64,000 nt of DNA, from NCBI GenBank assembly GCA_030704615.1, contig CM060732.1:16244001-16308000 (forward strand), read 5' to 3'. Made by a program: the position numbers and the translations under genes. Below the pieces are notes generated by a model. The model was not told the origin of the DNA. It ran no database searches and saw only the letters and a program-made list of their open reading frames with translations. Source of the DNA: Takakia lepidozioides. Its lineage: Eukaryota; Plantae; Bryophyta. Positions 1 through 12,500 of the stretch are shown piece after piece (the first letter of the stretch is position 1; each line of letters opens with the position of its first letter).

Positions 1-35
1 GTGCGCATTCTTGACAGACGAAAATTCAGCAGGAT

Positions 36-3000
36 TTGGCACATGCGCGGAGGTTCTACATGGAGTCAGAGGAGAAGAATCTAACCCTCCCGGCACTCGA
101 ATCATATCTCAAAGCTGCGGAGGCCATGGCCTTCTGTACAGGTACATACGCGATGCCTTCCTTTCAAGTCCTTGCATTTCAGGATGTTAGAGGCCTCATG
201 TGGCGCATGAAAATTGGTCTTTGGGAAAATGGCGCCGAATTTCCAGTTCAGGGCTCCGAAAATGGCTAAGTCCCTAGGGTGCCTGGCCCTGAACTGGAAA
301 TTCGGCGCCATTTTTCCAGTTCAAGGCCATATTACCGTTCTGGGACTTAGCCATTTTCGGGCCGGAAATGGGAAAATGGCGACGAATTTCCAGTTCAGGG
401 CTCCGAAAATGGCTAAGTCCCTAGGGCGGCTGGCCCTAAACTGGAAATTCGGCGCCATTTTTCCAGTTCTAGGCCCTATTACCGTTCTGGGACAGCCATT
501 TTCAGGCGGGAAATGGGAAAATGGCGTCGAATTTCCAATTCATGGCTCCGAAAATGGCTAAGTCCCTAGGGTGGCTGGCCCTGAACTGGAAATTCGGCGC
601 CATTTTTCCAGTTCTAGGCCCTATTACCGTTCTAGGACTTAGCCATTTTCGGGCCGGACCAGGGAAAATGGCGCCGAATTTCCAGTTCAGGGCTCCGAAA
701 ATGGCTAAGTCCCTAGGGTGGCTAGCACAAAAATCCGAAATTCGGTGCCATTTTTTGAGTTTTAGGCCCTGACAGTCTTGGAACTTAGCCATTTTCGGGC
801 CAACCGGGAAAAATGGCGCCGAATTTCCAGTTCCGGGCTCCCAAGATGGCTAAGTCCCTAGGGTGGCAGTCACCGAAAACCGAAATTCGGCGCCATTTTC
901 CATTTCTAGGCCCAGTCAGATCCGCCCCAACCTGGGAAAATGGTGCCAAATTTGCAGTTCAGGGATCTCATTGTGTTTTTCATGAATGCAGGTATTGCAA
1001 GTTCTCCCTTTTGGAGAAAGGTCATCTGTCTTTCGAGCCACAATTCTTCTCCTGGATGGAGGAACCGTGGGGCTGACTCCATGTACACTGACGATATTGT
1101 GAAGGAGTGGCATCTGGAACATTTGCGTGATTGCCCTTGGTATGTGGACCTTCCGCCCGGCTCGCTCGACCCATCCGAGTTTCAATTGAAGCTGGATGAT
1201 GAGGCCCGATGAAACTAGGCTCCGCTGCCTCCGCTGGATGCAAAAGAGGCAAAAGCGCTTGCGAACTCCAGGAAAGCGGCAGAGCTTGCTCAGGCAGGAA
1301 TTCAGGAGAAATTGAATGAGAAGAATAAAGGCCAAAGGAAAAGGACAAGGAAACAGGTGAGTACAGTAACACCCAAAAAACAGAAAACCATCGGGGCATC
1401 GGAGGAGGCGCAGGAGGGGACCAAGGGAGTGACTCGGACGACGACTTTGTTCAAGGTCCTGCGACTGCTGTTGCTGCTACCAAGTCACCGGTCGTCCGGG
1501 TTCTCAAGTCAGTTCGGAGTGGGACTGGCTCTACCAAGAAGTTGGCATTTGAGGGCGAGCCTACACGGCGGTATTCGGCGGTGACGTTTACGCACAGGCC
1601 AAAGCTAGAACCTCCAACCATCATCCAATGCGTCAATGAGAGCTTCCTTGACGCTCTCGCTGCCAGGGCAAAGAAGGTGGCACACAACAAGTCTCTGGCG
1701 GAGCAGAAGGGGAAAGCCCATAAGAGGGCTGCCGGTACAGAGCCTAAAGACACCCCTGGTTTTGAAGCCGTGATGGAATTCACGGCTGTGAGCACGGATT
1801 GCAAGAGCACTCGGGGGGGGGGGGTTGAGGTGAAGAGAGCTTGCAATATGATTCTCCTCGACATTCCAGATGGGGAGCTGCTGGAGGGCCTGGATGGTGT
1901 GCCCACTTGGAACAGGTTTACTGAGGACCACTGGAAAGCCGGGTTTGGGCTGGCGGGATGCTCCTGATGACGTGGATGATTGTGGTTGTCCTTGCCACAG
2001 AGGGAAGACCACAGAGAATGCGGTGGCAAGGTGGACACCGAAAAGTGTCACCCCGGTCCTCCTCAGAAAATGGTTCTGCATCAATACACAGGGGTTGCGA
2101 ACAGGGGGCCAAAGTGTAAGTATTCATCTATTTGCATTCACCTCATATTGTGGTGTATCTAAACTAAATCCCGGAGTTGATCCCTCTTTTGTTGGATGTG
2201 CAGCCATTGGTGTTTGAGGCATATTGCTTTATGAAGAGAGGGTCTACGTTCAAATTCCGCAACGACGGTCGTCTTAATGATGCCACTGTGGACCCTGTTA
2301 CCTACAATGTCCTCTAAAACTATGTGCCCCACTCCAGTATGCCGAAGGACACAAAGACAGGCAAACTGTGGCGGTACAGCCGGACCCGGAGCCCTGCTTT
2401 CATCCAAACCTCATGGAGACGTGCTCGGATGTCCAAGGAGGATTCTGGACCTCACATGCGGCGGCGTAAGCCTTCACGTGCTCAGTTTGTCCCCTGGCCC
2501 GATTTGCAATTGCATGCCGCAAGCTATTAACCGCCCGCTTTGTTCCTCAGGTGCTTCATGTGTGGCCGCAGGGACGTTGTCCGATAGGCATGTGTTCGCC
2601 TTCGAGCCAGATACTGCCCTCACAACTCGGAACTTGCAGCGGCTGAATGTCTGCCAAAAGAGGAAGAGGCATCCTCGGAGGATGAGGAAAAATCCGAGAA
2701 GGAGCAGGGGGAGGAACAAGTTGGGATCGAGGCCGAGGAGCCCCCGGTGGACGAGTGAGTGGTCGCATTGTAAGTTGATCAGATTTTGTGAGGCACCTCC
2801 CTTCGCTCTCTTATTTCATTGAAAACCCTTCTTTATGCTTCTGCTGGTATTGACATCTTTGAAGTGGATTTGTTCTTACTGTAGGATGCCAAGTATGGCA
2901 GGAGGGACGTCTACACCGGAGTTCATGGAGGAGGAACGTGCCTTTTTTTGCCAGGGGGGGATTTCATGCCTAGTTCAGAAAGGGACTACATCTTCCTACT

Positions 3001-3200
3001 TATGCTGTCCGGCTTGCTTAGGGTGTCCATTAGGAGGTGCTTCCGAACCTAGTCATGTACAAACAGATTTTAGACGAGGCAAGCCTCAAGAAAATGAGAT
3101 GAGGGGAGAGGAGGCAGCAGCTATTAGAGCCCGTCGGGCTCGTAGATTTGTCTTGGATTCTGCTGAGGAAAGTGGGGGAGAAGAGGCAGAAGATTCCTAG
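36..3200 (+). pseudogene. Decayed multi-exon gene of unknown function, probably cargo in the 3' internal region of the LTR retrotransposon
   Basis: ORF pieces 36-216, 992-1450, 1542-1967, 1870-2115, 2204-2755 and 2886-3200 can be chained through GT-AG introns, stops and frameshifts. Splicing 217-991 joins MKI-G-IASS in frame. It has Cys clusters (CGCPCH, CFMC, CCPAC) and K/R- and E-rich tracts. Confidence 0.5.
223..965. repeat. Tandem array of about 5 x 146-bp units with interleaved inverted repeats, filling a predicted intron
   Basis: A(A/G)ATGGCTAAGTCCCTAGGG recurs near 261, 408, 553, 700 and 845 (spacing 145-147). Units contain AAAATGGCGCCGAATTTCCAGTTCAGGGC and its reverse complement. Confidence 0.95.
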
Positions 3201-3607
3201 GAGGTGAGGTGGATAGTCCCCCAAGGAGAGGACGGCATTTTTGAGAGGCATATTGCAACCGATGCATCACAGAGCTCGGAGGTGGGGGGGATGAGGGGGA
3301 TGGGAAGAAGGGAGGGCCAAGTTCCTCGGAAGGTGTAGGAGAGTAGTTTCCATTCCTGCTATGACAGTTAGGACACACTTGTATAGACGTGCTTGCCCAC
3401 AAAAATTTGCAATAAAATGTTGCATTTCATTGCTACGATGAGTCCACATGACCCTATTTCCGTGCCTCCTAACCCTATTTCCGTGGACAGACAATGGCCC
3501 GCTCATGTTTTTTTTTTTCCCGCTCATGCTCATGCCACTCATGAAATAGCAGCCCCCGTGAGGATGGACTGGCAGGGCAACACCAGTCTAAGAGACAGAG
3601 GCGGGGT

Positions 3608-6403
3608 ATGACTATAGTGGCGGATCCACTGGCTTCACGGAAACCGCACGATAATGTTTCCCAAGCTCTTGTGCAAGATGGGGCACAACAGCACATAGAG
3701 CTGTTATTATTGGAAGCACAGCCTTCGGAAAGGGAAGAGGAAGTTACTTCAATACCACAGCCACCACAACCAATTGACTCAGTTGTTTTAGAGGTTCCAC
3801 AGTTCGTACATGCTGTGACATCACCCCCAATTGCTCTCGAAGGAGAAAGGTTGGACATTCCCACTACAGAGCAAGTCGTGGCTGAAATTGAGAAGGGTGA
3901 CCTTCTCTATGAAAACTCTGGTTTGGTAAGGGAATCAGTGATTCCAGAGGGCAGCGGTTGTCTAGGGAAAACCCTGCTGTGCATGTAATACCCACACCTG
4001 TGACGGAGGTACCAGGGGTAGAATATCAAGACATTGCAGCACCTGTGGCAGATGAGGTGGTTCAGGAAGAAAATCTGGTGGGGCAATGGCCTGAATGGTT
4101 GGTGAGGCATCACACTGTCGAGGATCAGGAAGAACAGCAGCAAGCTCACCATGATGACCCTCAGCAGGCCATGCTTATGAGTTCCATAAGCAAAACACTT
4201 AATTTGTTGGGCACTTATGTGAAATCCCATGTTCCATCTACCCAATTGGCAGCTTTGAAGGAGGAACTCAGGAAGGAGTTTGAGGCTCGATTTGCCACTG
4301 AGTGTGCTAACAAGGTAGATGAGGAGGTCAATCTCAAGTTACAGCAAGAGTTAGAGGACACAAAGGCTGCTTTGCAGTTGGCCAAAGGACACCTGATTGA
4401 AGCCGGCCTCGAGCAGGACCAGTTGCATGAAGCACATAAGCAACAGCTATACCAAATGCAGGTAAAGCATGAGGGCAAGTTGCAAGAAGTGAATGCACTA
4501 CATACGGAGTTGCAGGCAGTACATGAGAGGATGACCATACAATGTGCTACACTCACAACTACTCTTGAGCAAACTGCATTAGAAGTTAACAGACAAGGGG
4601 AGAGATGTATGAAGGCAGAGGCAGAGATAATCGAGCAGACAAAACTCATTGTTGATATGAAGAATACAATCTGTCGCAATGAGAATACTTTCAAGCAATA
4701 CAGACAGGTTGAGGCTGACCAAGAGAGGTACATCCTGGAGTTGCAACAAACAGTCATGGTCAATAGAAATGAACTCTCTGTGGCTAACAAGGCTTGGAAG
4801 GAAGCCAATAATCTGGCTGCTGCCTATGCGAGTTTGGTTGAACCTCATGCGAAGCGCATGGAGGCTTTACAGCAGCAGTTAGATGTGTACAAGCTCACCG
4901 AGGAGCAGACTCTCAGGGGTGCCACACACGACTTGGTGGATAACCACCTTATGCAAGTCTAATTAGCACAAGGGCCGGTGGAAGGCAAAGCACCACGGAA
5001 GCTCACCCAGGGCGAGATGAATGAGCTCAGACTGCAGGTGCAGAACATTGCCACAACTACTATAGACAATGTCTATAGTAGGATAGCGGAGCTACATGAG
5101 GATGTGGAAGGCCTGCAGACTCAGGTGGATGACTTGAGTTCAAATATTGACAAGAGAGTCTTTGTACCTGAGGAGCAGCTGATGGCTACTTATTTACAGG
5201 CCAGAACATTAATTTTTTCAGTCTTCTACGCAAGGGGTGCAGGAGATGCCAGTGGTAGAAGGGCCAGTGGTACCAATACCACAACAATTGACTGTGCAGG
5301 TAGCTGACCCTGTTGTTACTACAGCCACACCACAGCCTCAGGTATGGGGGGATGCTGCTTTTAACCCACCTAAGACTCATGTTGCACGAGAGTACACTCG
5401 GGCTATGATTATGCCCTTCAACCAAATTCCCATTGTGTTGGATTTGGCTTGGAAGGAATTTAGTCCGCCACAGTCGTTGGCTCATTACTACCAGATCAGG
5501 CGCATTTGGCTGCCAGTGACGACTAGGACTAAGGTTCTTCCGAACAATCGACCCATTGAGGATCATCACTTTGCGAGGTACTGGTCTGAAGCAGGTACCA
5601 TGTTGAAGGAATTAATTACCTTCCAAGTTGTACATGAGTACATTTATACCAAAACCAAGGAGGTATCAAGTATTGTCATGGGCTGTGGATTATACTATGC
5701 TGCTTGTTTTCTGGCACGTTATCACATTGAGCAGCAGAAGATGCAATCGCGATTTCTGAGTTATTCCAGTGGGGATCATTGGGTCTTACCTTCAGTGCCA
5801 CCTCATATGTACCTATATGATGCAAAAGTTATGATGCAGAAGGATTCCCAACTTCGTTCATGGTTTCATTTGGCTTGGAACAATTTGATAACACAGAAAT
5901 TCGGCCCTGACGATATTTTCTTTAAGGGACATGAGGCATGGAAATACTTGCACTGTTCCCAAGTCATTGGCACACCTCTTACCTATACAGATAAGGAGTT
6001 CATGACGTTCACTAATTTTGCGTGCCAGCGCTTACAACAAGTTGTGCAATTTAAACTTCCAGATATGGTTGGACAACATTGTATGCCACACAGGATTCCA
6101 CTTAAAGTTCGGCCGTTAAAACACCTGAGGGGCGACGAGGATTCTGATACTACTGTTTCTTCAGCGGACTCTTTTGACATGGCAGAGGACTATGCAATTC
6201 AGATGGCAGAGAAGAAACGACGGGGATCTCCTATGCCTGAGAGGTTACCTCATTATCAGCCAAAAGAGGGTCAGACATTTCCAGGTAGTGCTCAATCATC
6301 TCCATCAACCAGTGACAGGATTCGGGCTCGCACAAGGAGTCCTTCACGAGACTCTCACCGTCAGAAGGGTGCTCGCTCAAAAAAGTTTGCTAATCCCAAA
6401 TAG
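3608..6403 (+). pseudogene. Ancestral ORF of about 930 aa (acidic N-terminus, long coiled coil, C-terminal globular domain) ending just before the PPT; extra retrotransposon ORF
   Basis: ORFs 3608-3988, 3958-4962, 4978-5307 (same frame as the previous one, one TAA between) and 5237-6403 overlap consecutively. Heptad-rich E/Q/L segment. The stop lies about 25 bp before the PPT. Confidence 0.65.
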
Positions 6404-6427
6404 TAAACCGTGAGGACACGGCTTTTT

Positions 6428-6441
6428 GAGAGGGGGAGGGG
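6428..6441 (+). other. Polypurine tract
   Basis: GAGAGGGGGAGGGG, preceded by TGAGGACACGGCTTTTT (typical Ty3/gypsy 3' end) and followed 4 nt later by TGTTA. Confidence 0.8.
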
Positions 6442-6445
6442 TAAA

Positions 6446-7671
6446 TGTTAGAGGGCTGCTTGGGACTTAGACGCTTTTACGGGTTCTGTGGGGTACCCTT
6501 AATTTTTGCGCAGACTAAGACCAACATGAGCCTTAGGGGTGGCAGCAGCAGGCTTTAGGGGGGTTACACAGCCCGACACAGCTTTACACAGCCCGTCACA
6601 GCCCGTCACAGCCAGTCACAGCCGCCACAGCCCGACACAGCCCGTCACTGCCAACACAGCCCGTCATAGCCAACACAGCCCGACACAGCCCGTCACAAGC
6701 GACCCAGCCCGACCCAGCCCGCCACAGCTTCGCACAGCCCGACACAGCCAACACAGCCAATCACAGCCCGACACAGCCTTACACAGCCAGTCACAGCTCG
6801 GCACAGCTTGACACAACCTGTCACAGTACATGGGGAACTATTATCATTGGCAGGGAAATGGCAGGGAACGACTGTGAGGGAACGACATCTGCAGAAGGAA
6901 CGTGTTACTTCAGGGATGACGGTCAATTAGTTAGTTGGTTAGAACAGCTTGCGGGCAGATAAGGGGAGCGGCAACGGAAAGATGACACTTCACGGGGAGC
7001 GCTTCTTGGTCATGTAGGAGAGGAGATTAGACGGAGAGCAAGAACAAGAGCACGGAGAAGGAGGAGAGATGAACACTAGATGCTTGTTACATGCAAAGCT
7101 GTAGTGAAACTGTAGGGCAGATTAGAGTCACCATGACATTGGCCTGATACCTGATAAATCGTAATCTGATACTTATTCGATACGAGCACACTGTGTAGAG
7201 TGACATGAGTGAAGCTGTGAAATGAATGCATGATTAATTGGAATTAAGTAGATACTGAAGCAATCTGATGCTTCAGTATCAGATAAGGTGAATTGATAAC
7301 ATGAAGGCAAGAAGGAATACAAATGGGAAGTACAACCATGATTCACTAGCTGTAGGTCATGACTGATTGTACTGAGCGGGCTGAGTGCTTAGAAATATCC
7401 AACTCTTCTATCTTGGAGTTTCCACCTCGGATAGCGAAGGGATGGGTGAGTAAAAGCCGTTCGACATGAGTCTGTGACAGGGAACAACTTATCAGGTATC
7501 TACATATGGTTGGTTAAGTGGTTGAGATATTGTGGTGCGGGGGATGCAAGTGAATCCGACAGTTGCATACGAAGCAGATTACTAAGCCGTTTGGGCTTTG
7601 TGGAGAACAATGGAACACAACGAACATGCTAGAGAGGCGACTGTGCACCGCACTCTGTTTGTGACGTAACA
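6446..7671 (+). mobile_element. 3' LTR (about 1.2 kb) of an LTR retrotransposon whose gag-pol lies left of the window
   Basis: Follows the PPT; termini TGTTA...TAACA. The partner LTR is not in the window, so the right end is inferred. Confidence 0.7.
6566..6826 (+). repeat. Roughly 10-bp minisatellite (ACAGCCCGAC/ACAGCCCGTC) inside the LTR
   Basis: More than 20 degenerate CACAGCC-core units in tandem. Confidence 0.92.
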
Positions 7672-9558
7672 TTTAAATGGTGGTCGTGCATTACAGTGTT
7701 TGTTGATCGTGGACAACATCAAAACCAAGCCTCATACTGCGGAACGACAGACGTCCTATAATGCATTCAGCGGATACGCAGAGTCATGCAAATCATTCAA
7801 TTCACTCATGCTACTGATGTAAAACATTACAGAAGAAAAGTCTCTGGCCAGTGACCAAGAACACCAACAAAACATGAAATCCAGTAGACCCAAACTGAAA
7901 TAAATCACGCCACCAAGTCTGAAACATATCGCCCCCGTTGTGTGTGTGCCTCCTATAATTATTGACCCCACAGTCTGACCCCATTGCGACCGTGCAGCGA
8001 TGGTAGCACGCCGTCCCAATGCTCGACGCCATCTGGTAGTGGAATAGAAGGCCTTGGCAATATGGTTTGTTCAGATCCACCCAATCGCACGCCAAAACAT
8101 GGCCCGACTGAAAAGAGAAATCCGGGTTACGAAGCTTCGAATATCATTGAAATGAGGTTGTAGAGACAAGTACAGACACAAAATGGAAGTGCGAAGGAGA
8201 TGCACAATTGTCACAGGTTGAAACCAATAGGACATGGGAGCTTGAGGAGGTGGTACCAAGCAGCATAACCATACAGATTGCGGGTACTTTTGCCCACATG
8301 CAGCAAGTTTCTTGCTGCAAGCGGAAAGACAGAAAAAGTGAGGGACGGCCTCCCTCCTATGGATTCCGCTCTCTCCCAACCAACAAAGGACAACTAACCT
8401 CATAGCCTACAATGGGTTCCAGTCAATCCTATATGTCATACATTCCATTGAGATCTCCAGAAAAAATAAGAAAGCTTGGAGATTTTGTTGTATCCATGCT
8501 AGGGTCCACAGTGAACATAGACATATAACCATTTACACATCCCAGGGTGGTGGTGGGGGCTGGTCTACCAGTACTCTCTGGTCAAATGCTACAGTAGGTC
8601 TGTATCAATCATATCTACCATACATTCCGTTGGGGTATCTTGATAAAATAAAATGAAATTTGCAGCATTTGTGGTATCCATCTGATTGAATTGAGTTCTG
8701 GTATTCAAATAACCACTTACACATTCAGCCAGTGCCATGGGGGGCTGTTCTAAGTAGGGGAGAGCCCATGAATTAAGCTTTTTGTATGACAAAACAACTG
8801 AGAGAACACCTGATGGTGTTCTCTCTCATGTACATATGAGAGATGACCTGCCCCAAGCTAGAACAGCAGCAGGATGAGTTAAGTGAATAATGAAGTGGTG
8901 CAAGGCCTGCAACGCCTGCAGGGCAGCAACATGGTCTTACTGAATGTACAGCTCCTTGCTTGAGCCAATCACAGATGCATGACTCTACAAGTGAGTCACA
9001 TGATATTACATGTCGGGCCCAAGACAAACTGTCCATAAAATGATAGGGAGCAAAGAACCCATAGAACCAACCAGAGCATCATCTACGCGGATTGGCAACC
9101 TCTTTTGGGCAAAAATTCAAACATGATAAGTAGGGACCAAGCTTAAAGCAGTCCACTAGTATTCAATGGTCCATAAACATGTCTCTGGCCAATATAAGAA
9201 CCCCAAAATCACTGTGGCAAGTATGTAATATTGACTGGAAAACACATGCGCACTTCCAGTTTAATTCTGTGAACAATGTACCAAGAGCCAGAATTTGTGT
9301 AAATCTGCATGACATTTCCTGCTTCTAGAGTGAGAGAAATGCCACGTCACGTTTGTGAGAGACACGCCATGTAAGTTGGATGCCTCCAACACCCTGCAAA
9401 AATGACCCCCCCCCCCCTCCCCTTGGTGCCAGTCTTACAAAGCCCACATTATAATTCAAGGAACCGAGATTACATATACAATTTTCCCCAAGACGACTCT
9501 TCATATACTCCAGATAGAAAAAGGCAGTTGGGGGGGTGATACCTCATTCCAGATACTA

Positions 9559-12500
9559 CTACACGTCCACATCAACCAGCTCATCATCACTGGATTCTGT
9601 ATCTTCATCGCAACTGTCCTCCATGGGACATGGATGTGCTTCCTCAGATCGCATGTCTCTGTAAAGTGAAGCAACCTCTTCAGGTGTCACTTGGATGGTC
9701 TGGCCCACCCTCTCACCAGCAACATTGGTCCCTTCAATCTGATTGGGGGCTAAGAGGCCTGATACACTTGCAATATCATCGTTGCAAATGCTGACATCAC
9801 AAACAGCCCTGTGTGACCTGGGGCTTTTTTCCAGCACCACATTCCATCTCGGTTCATTCACACACTCAGAAATGACCTGTGATGGGAGCCCAAAAGGTTG
9901 TTCAAGTGGAGGCAACATGTCACGGGAGAAATTCACCAACGTGAAGCCACAGTCATCTTGCTTCATTGACACAGGCTGAGAACCCACACGTCGTGCACCA
10001 TGAACACAATAGCACCGTGGTGTGTGTGGAGCCATAATCCAATTCTAAAATCTCCTTTATGACGTACGCTTTCCACCACGTGCTCACTTGAAATGCCAGA
10101 AGATTCATGCTGGAAAATAGTAGACACCCTGAGTCATATGTCACAAAGGGACTGTTCAATCCATCTGAAGTAACCTTGAAGTGGTTTCCATAAGCCGACA
10201 TGCTCTTGTATGATGTTGCGATGAATGATGGGGGTTTGGACATGTCCAACAATTCTTTGCAGATTGAATCAGATGCATGGTTGGCAACACTCGACACATG
10301 CACGCGGACAGCCGTTACTAGCCGTTCTGCAAAGTGAGGGAGAGCGCGGATCCTATTCGGATTAGCAGCATTTTCAGTGTCCACACAGGATTTCTCCACC
10401 TCATATGACCTGCCAACACACGCACCACCACATGAGTTTCTCTAGTGCAACCCCTGCAGCAAATGGAAGAACAACTGCACCCACACCTGTACAAAGCATA
10501 CCCATGCATGCATAGCCAGTGCCAGAAGTTGTGACATCCACGGGGGGGGGGGGGGGTGGTCACTTACTCCAACATAATGCTCAAACTTGGATGGTTCTGA
10601 ATGACGTAGTCGTGGACAAGCTGCAACAATTCGACGGTCAACCTCCGTGGTCGACCAAATCCTTCCAACACCCAGCCGGACACTGATTCCTCCTCTCCTA
10701 CATCCCACACTCTCCGCCTAGTAGCATCAACAGAAGATAAGTACTTTGTACAAAATCCCAGTGCCTCGTCAAACACGTAGCCCTCCGCCATACTGCCCTC
10801 AGGCTTTGCCAGGTTTTGCACATACCCTTTAAAATCCTTCATTGCTCTCTCCACCGGGTACATCCACCGAGAAGCTACAGGTCCACACAAATCCAGCTCA
10901 TACACCAAGTGGACAAGTAAATGTGTCATAACATCAAAAAAGGAGGGTGGAAACTCTTTCTCTAGAAGACAAAGAGTTATTGCCACCTCCTTCTTCAATT
11001 CCTCATGCTCGGTGGGATCAATGAATTTTGCACAAAGCTTGCAAAACACACGAGACACTCTTAGTATGGCATTGCGAACCCCAGGCGCCATTAACCCACG
11101 TAGAGCAAGTGGGAGGATCTGTTGCATGAGCACATGATAATCATGTGATTTCAATTGGCTCAACTTTTGTTTGACCACATGCTTTTTGAAGGCAGTGGCA
11201 TAGCCAGTGGGTACTTTCAGATTGGTGATAATCTCCAGGAAAACCCACTGCTCTGGTTTTGTGAGCACATATGGCGTATCAAGCATTACCAATGTATCCA
11301 CTCTAGTGGGATGACGTCGTAACCACAGTGGCTTTCGAATGCCCTGCAATTCCAGATCATGACAAACTTTCATCGTGTCCTTTTCTCTGAAAATAGTCTT
11401 GATTATGTTCTCCGTCACGTTCTTTTCGCAATGCATGGTGTCAAAAGTGTGGCGGATGAGAAGATGTTGCACCATGTCGTGTTACAAATTAGGTACTTTG
11501 CAGTGCTTTCATGAATTATGCCCACCTTAAGGTTCTGTAAACAAACGATCATGGATAATGAAAACCAATGCACTGCACTCCCCAAAACACAGGTGTGGTA
11601 ATCGCACCTCCCAGTAAGGCAAGTCAAACAGAATGGACAGTCGTTTTACACCATGGAGCTTGGAGGGGTCGTTCTCTGCGCCTGCAGCCCCACCATCATC
11701 GATCCATTGTTTGTAATGTCGTGCACGCTCCTTGATTTCGGTGGCTGTCACTGTATGTGGAGCAGGTCTCATGTCTCGCGCCCCATTAAAAAGTCTGGAT
11801 CTTCTATAGGCATGATTGTGGGGAAGATAGCGTCGATGCCCCTGGAATATCAATTTCTTACAAGCTGGGGAGTATCTGGAATCGACTTGAGGTCCACATG
11901 CTGGACAAGCAATGTACCCTTGGCAAACCTGACCTGATAGCAAGCCATAGGCGGGGAAGTCATGTATGGACCACATGAGGACTGCCCGCTCTCCTTCACT
12001 GGTTGCCACATCCAAGGCTGCAACTCCCACCCACAATGTCGCTAGCTCCTCCACAAGTGGTTGCAGGTAAACATCCACATTTTCACTTGTCATAGATTCC
12101 TTCCCAGGAATCAGGAGTGTTAACATGACAAAAAAATTCTTCGTTACCAACCATGGGGGCAAATTATAATTGAGCACCATGATGGGCCACGTGGACCAAG
12201 AAGCAGATTTTGTGCCATAAGGATTCACCCCATCCAGCGCCAATCTAAGACGCAGATTTCTTGGATCTGATGCAAACTCCGGCCATGTGTTGTCAATATG
12301 GCACCAAGCCTTACTGTCTGTAGCATGTTGGACCATGCCATCTGCACTTCTGTGATTGATGTGCCACTTCATATGCTCTGCAAGCGTCTTAGCTCGGAAC
12401 ATCTGTTTCAATCTTGGTATGAGAGGAAAGTGTCGCAACACCTTCTTGGGCACCTTTCCACGGCTGTCCATGTATCGGGGACTCTGGCACTTGGGGCAAT

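Noticed and set aside
214-1076. ORFs with repeated MAPNFQFRA peptides on both strands
   Set aside because: By-products of the inverted tandem array inside a predicted intron.
3958-6403. Retroviral env gene
   Set aside because: The position fits, but no signal peptide, cleavage site or clear transmembrane anchor is visible; kept as an unknown extra ORF.
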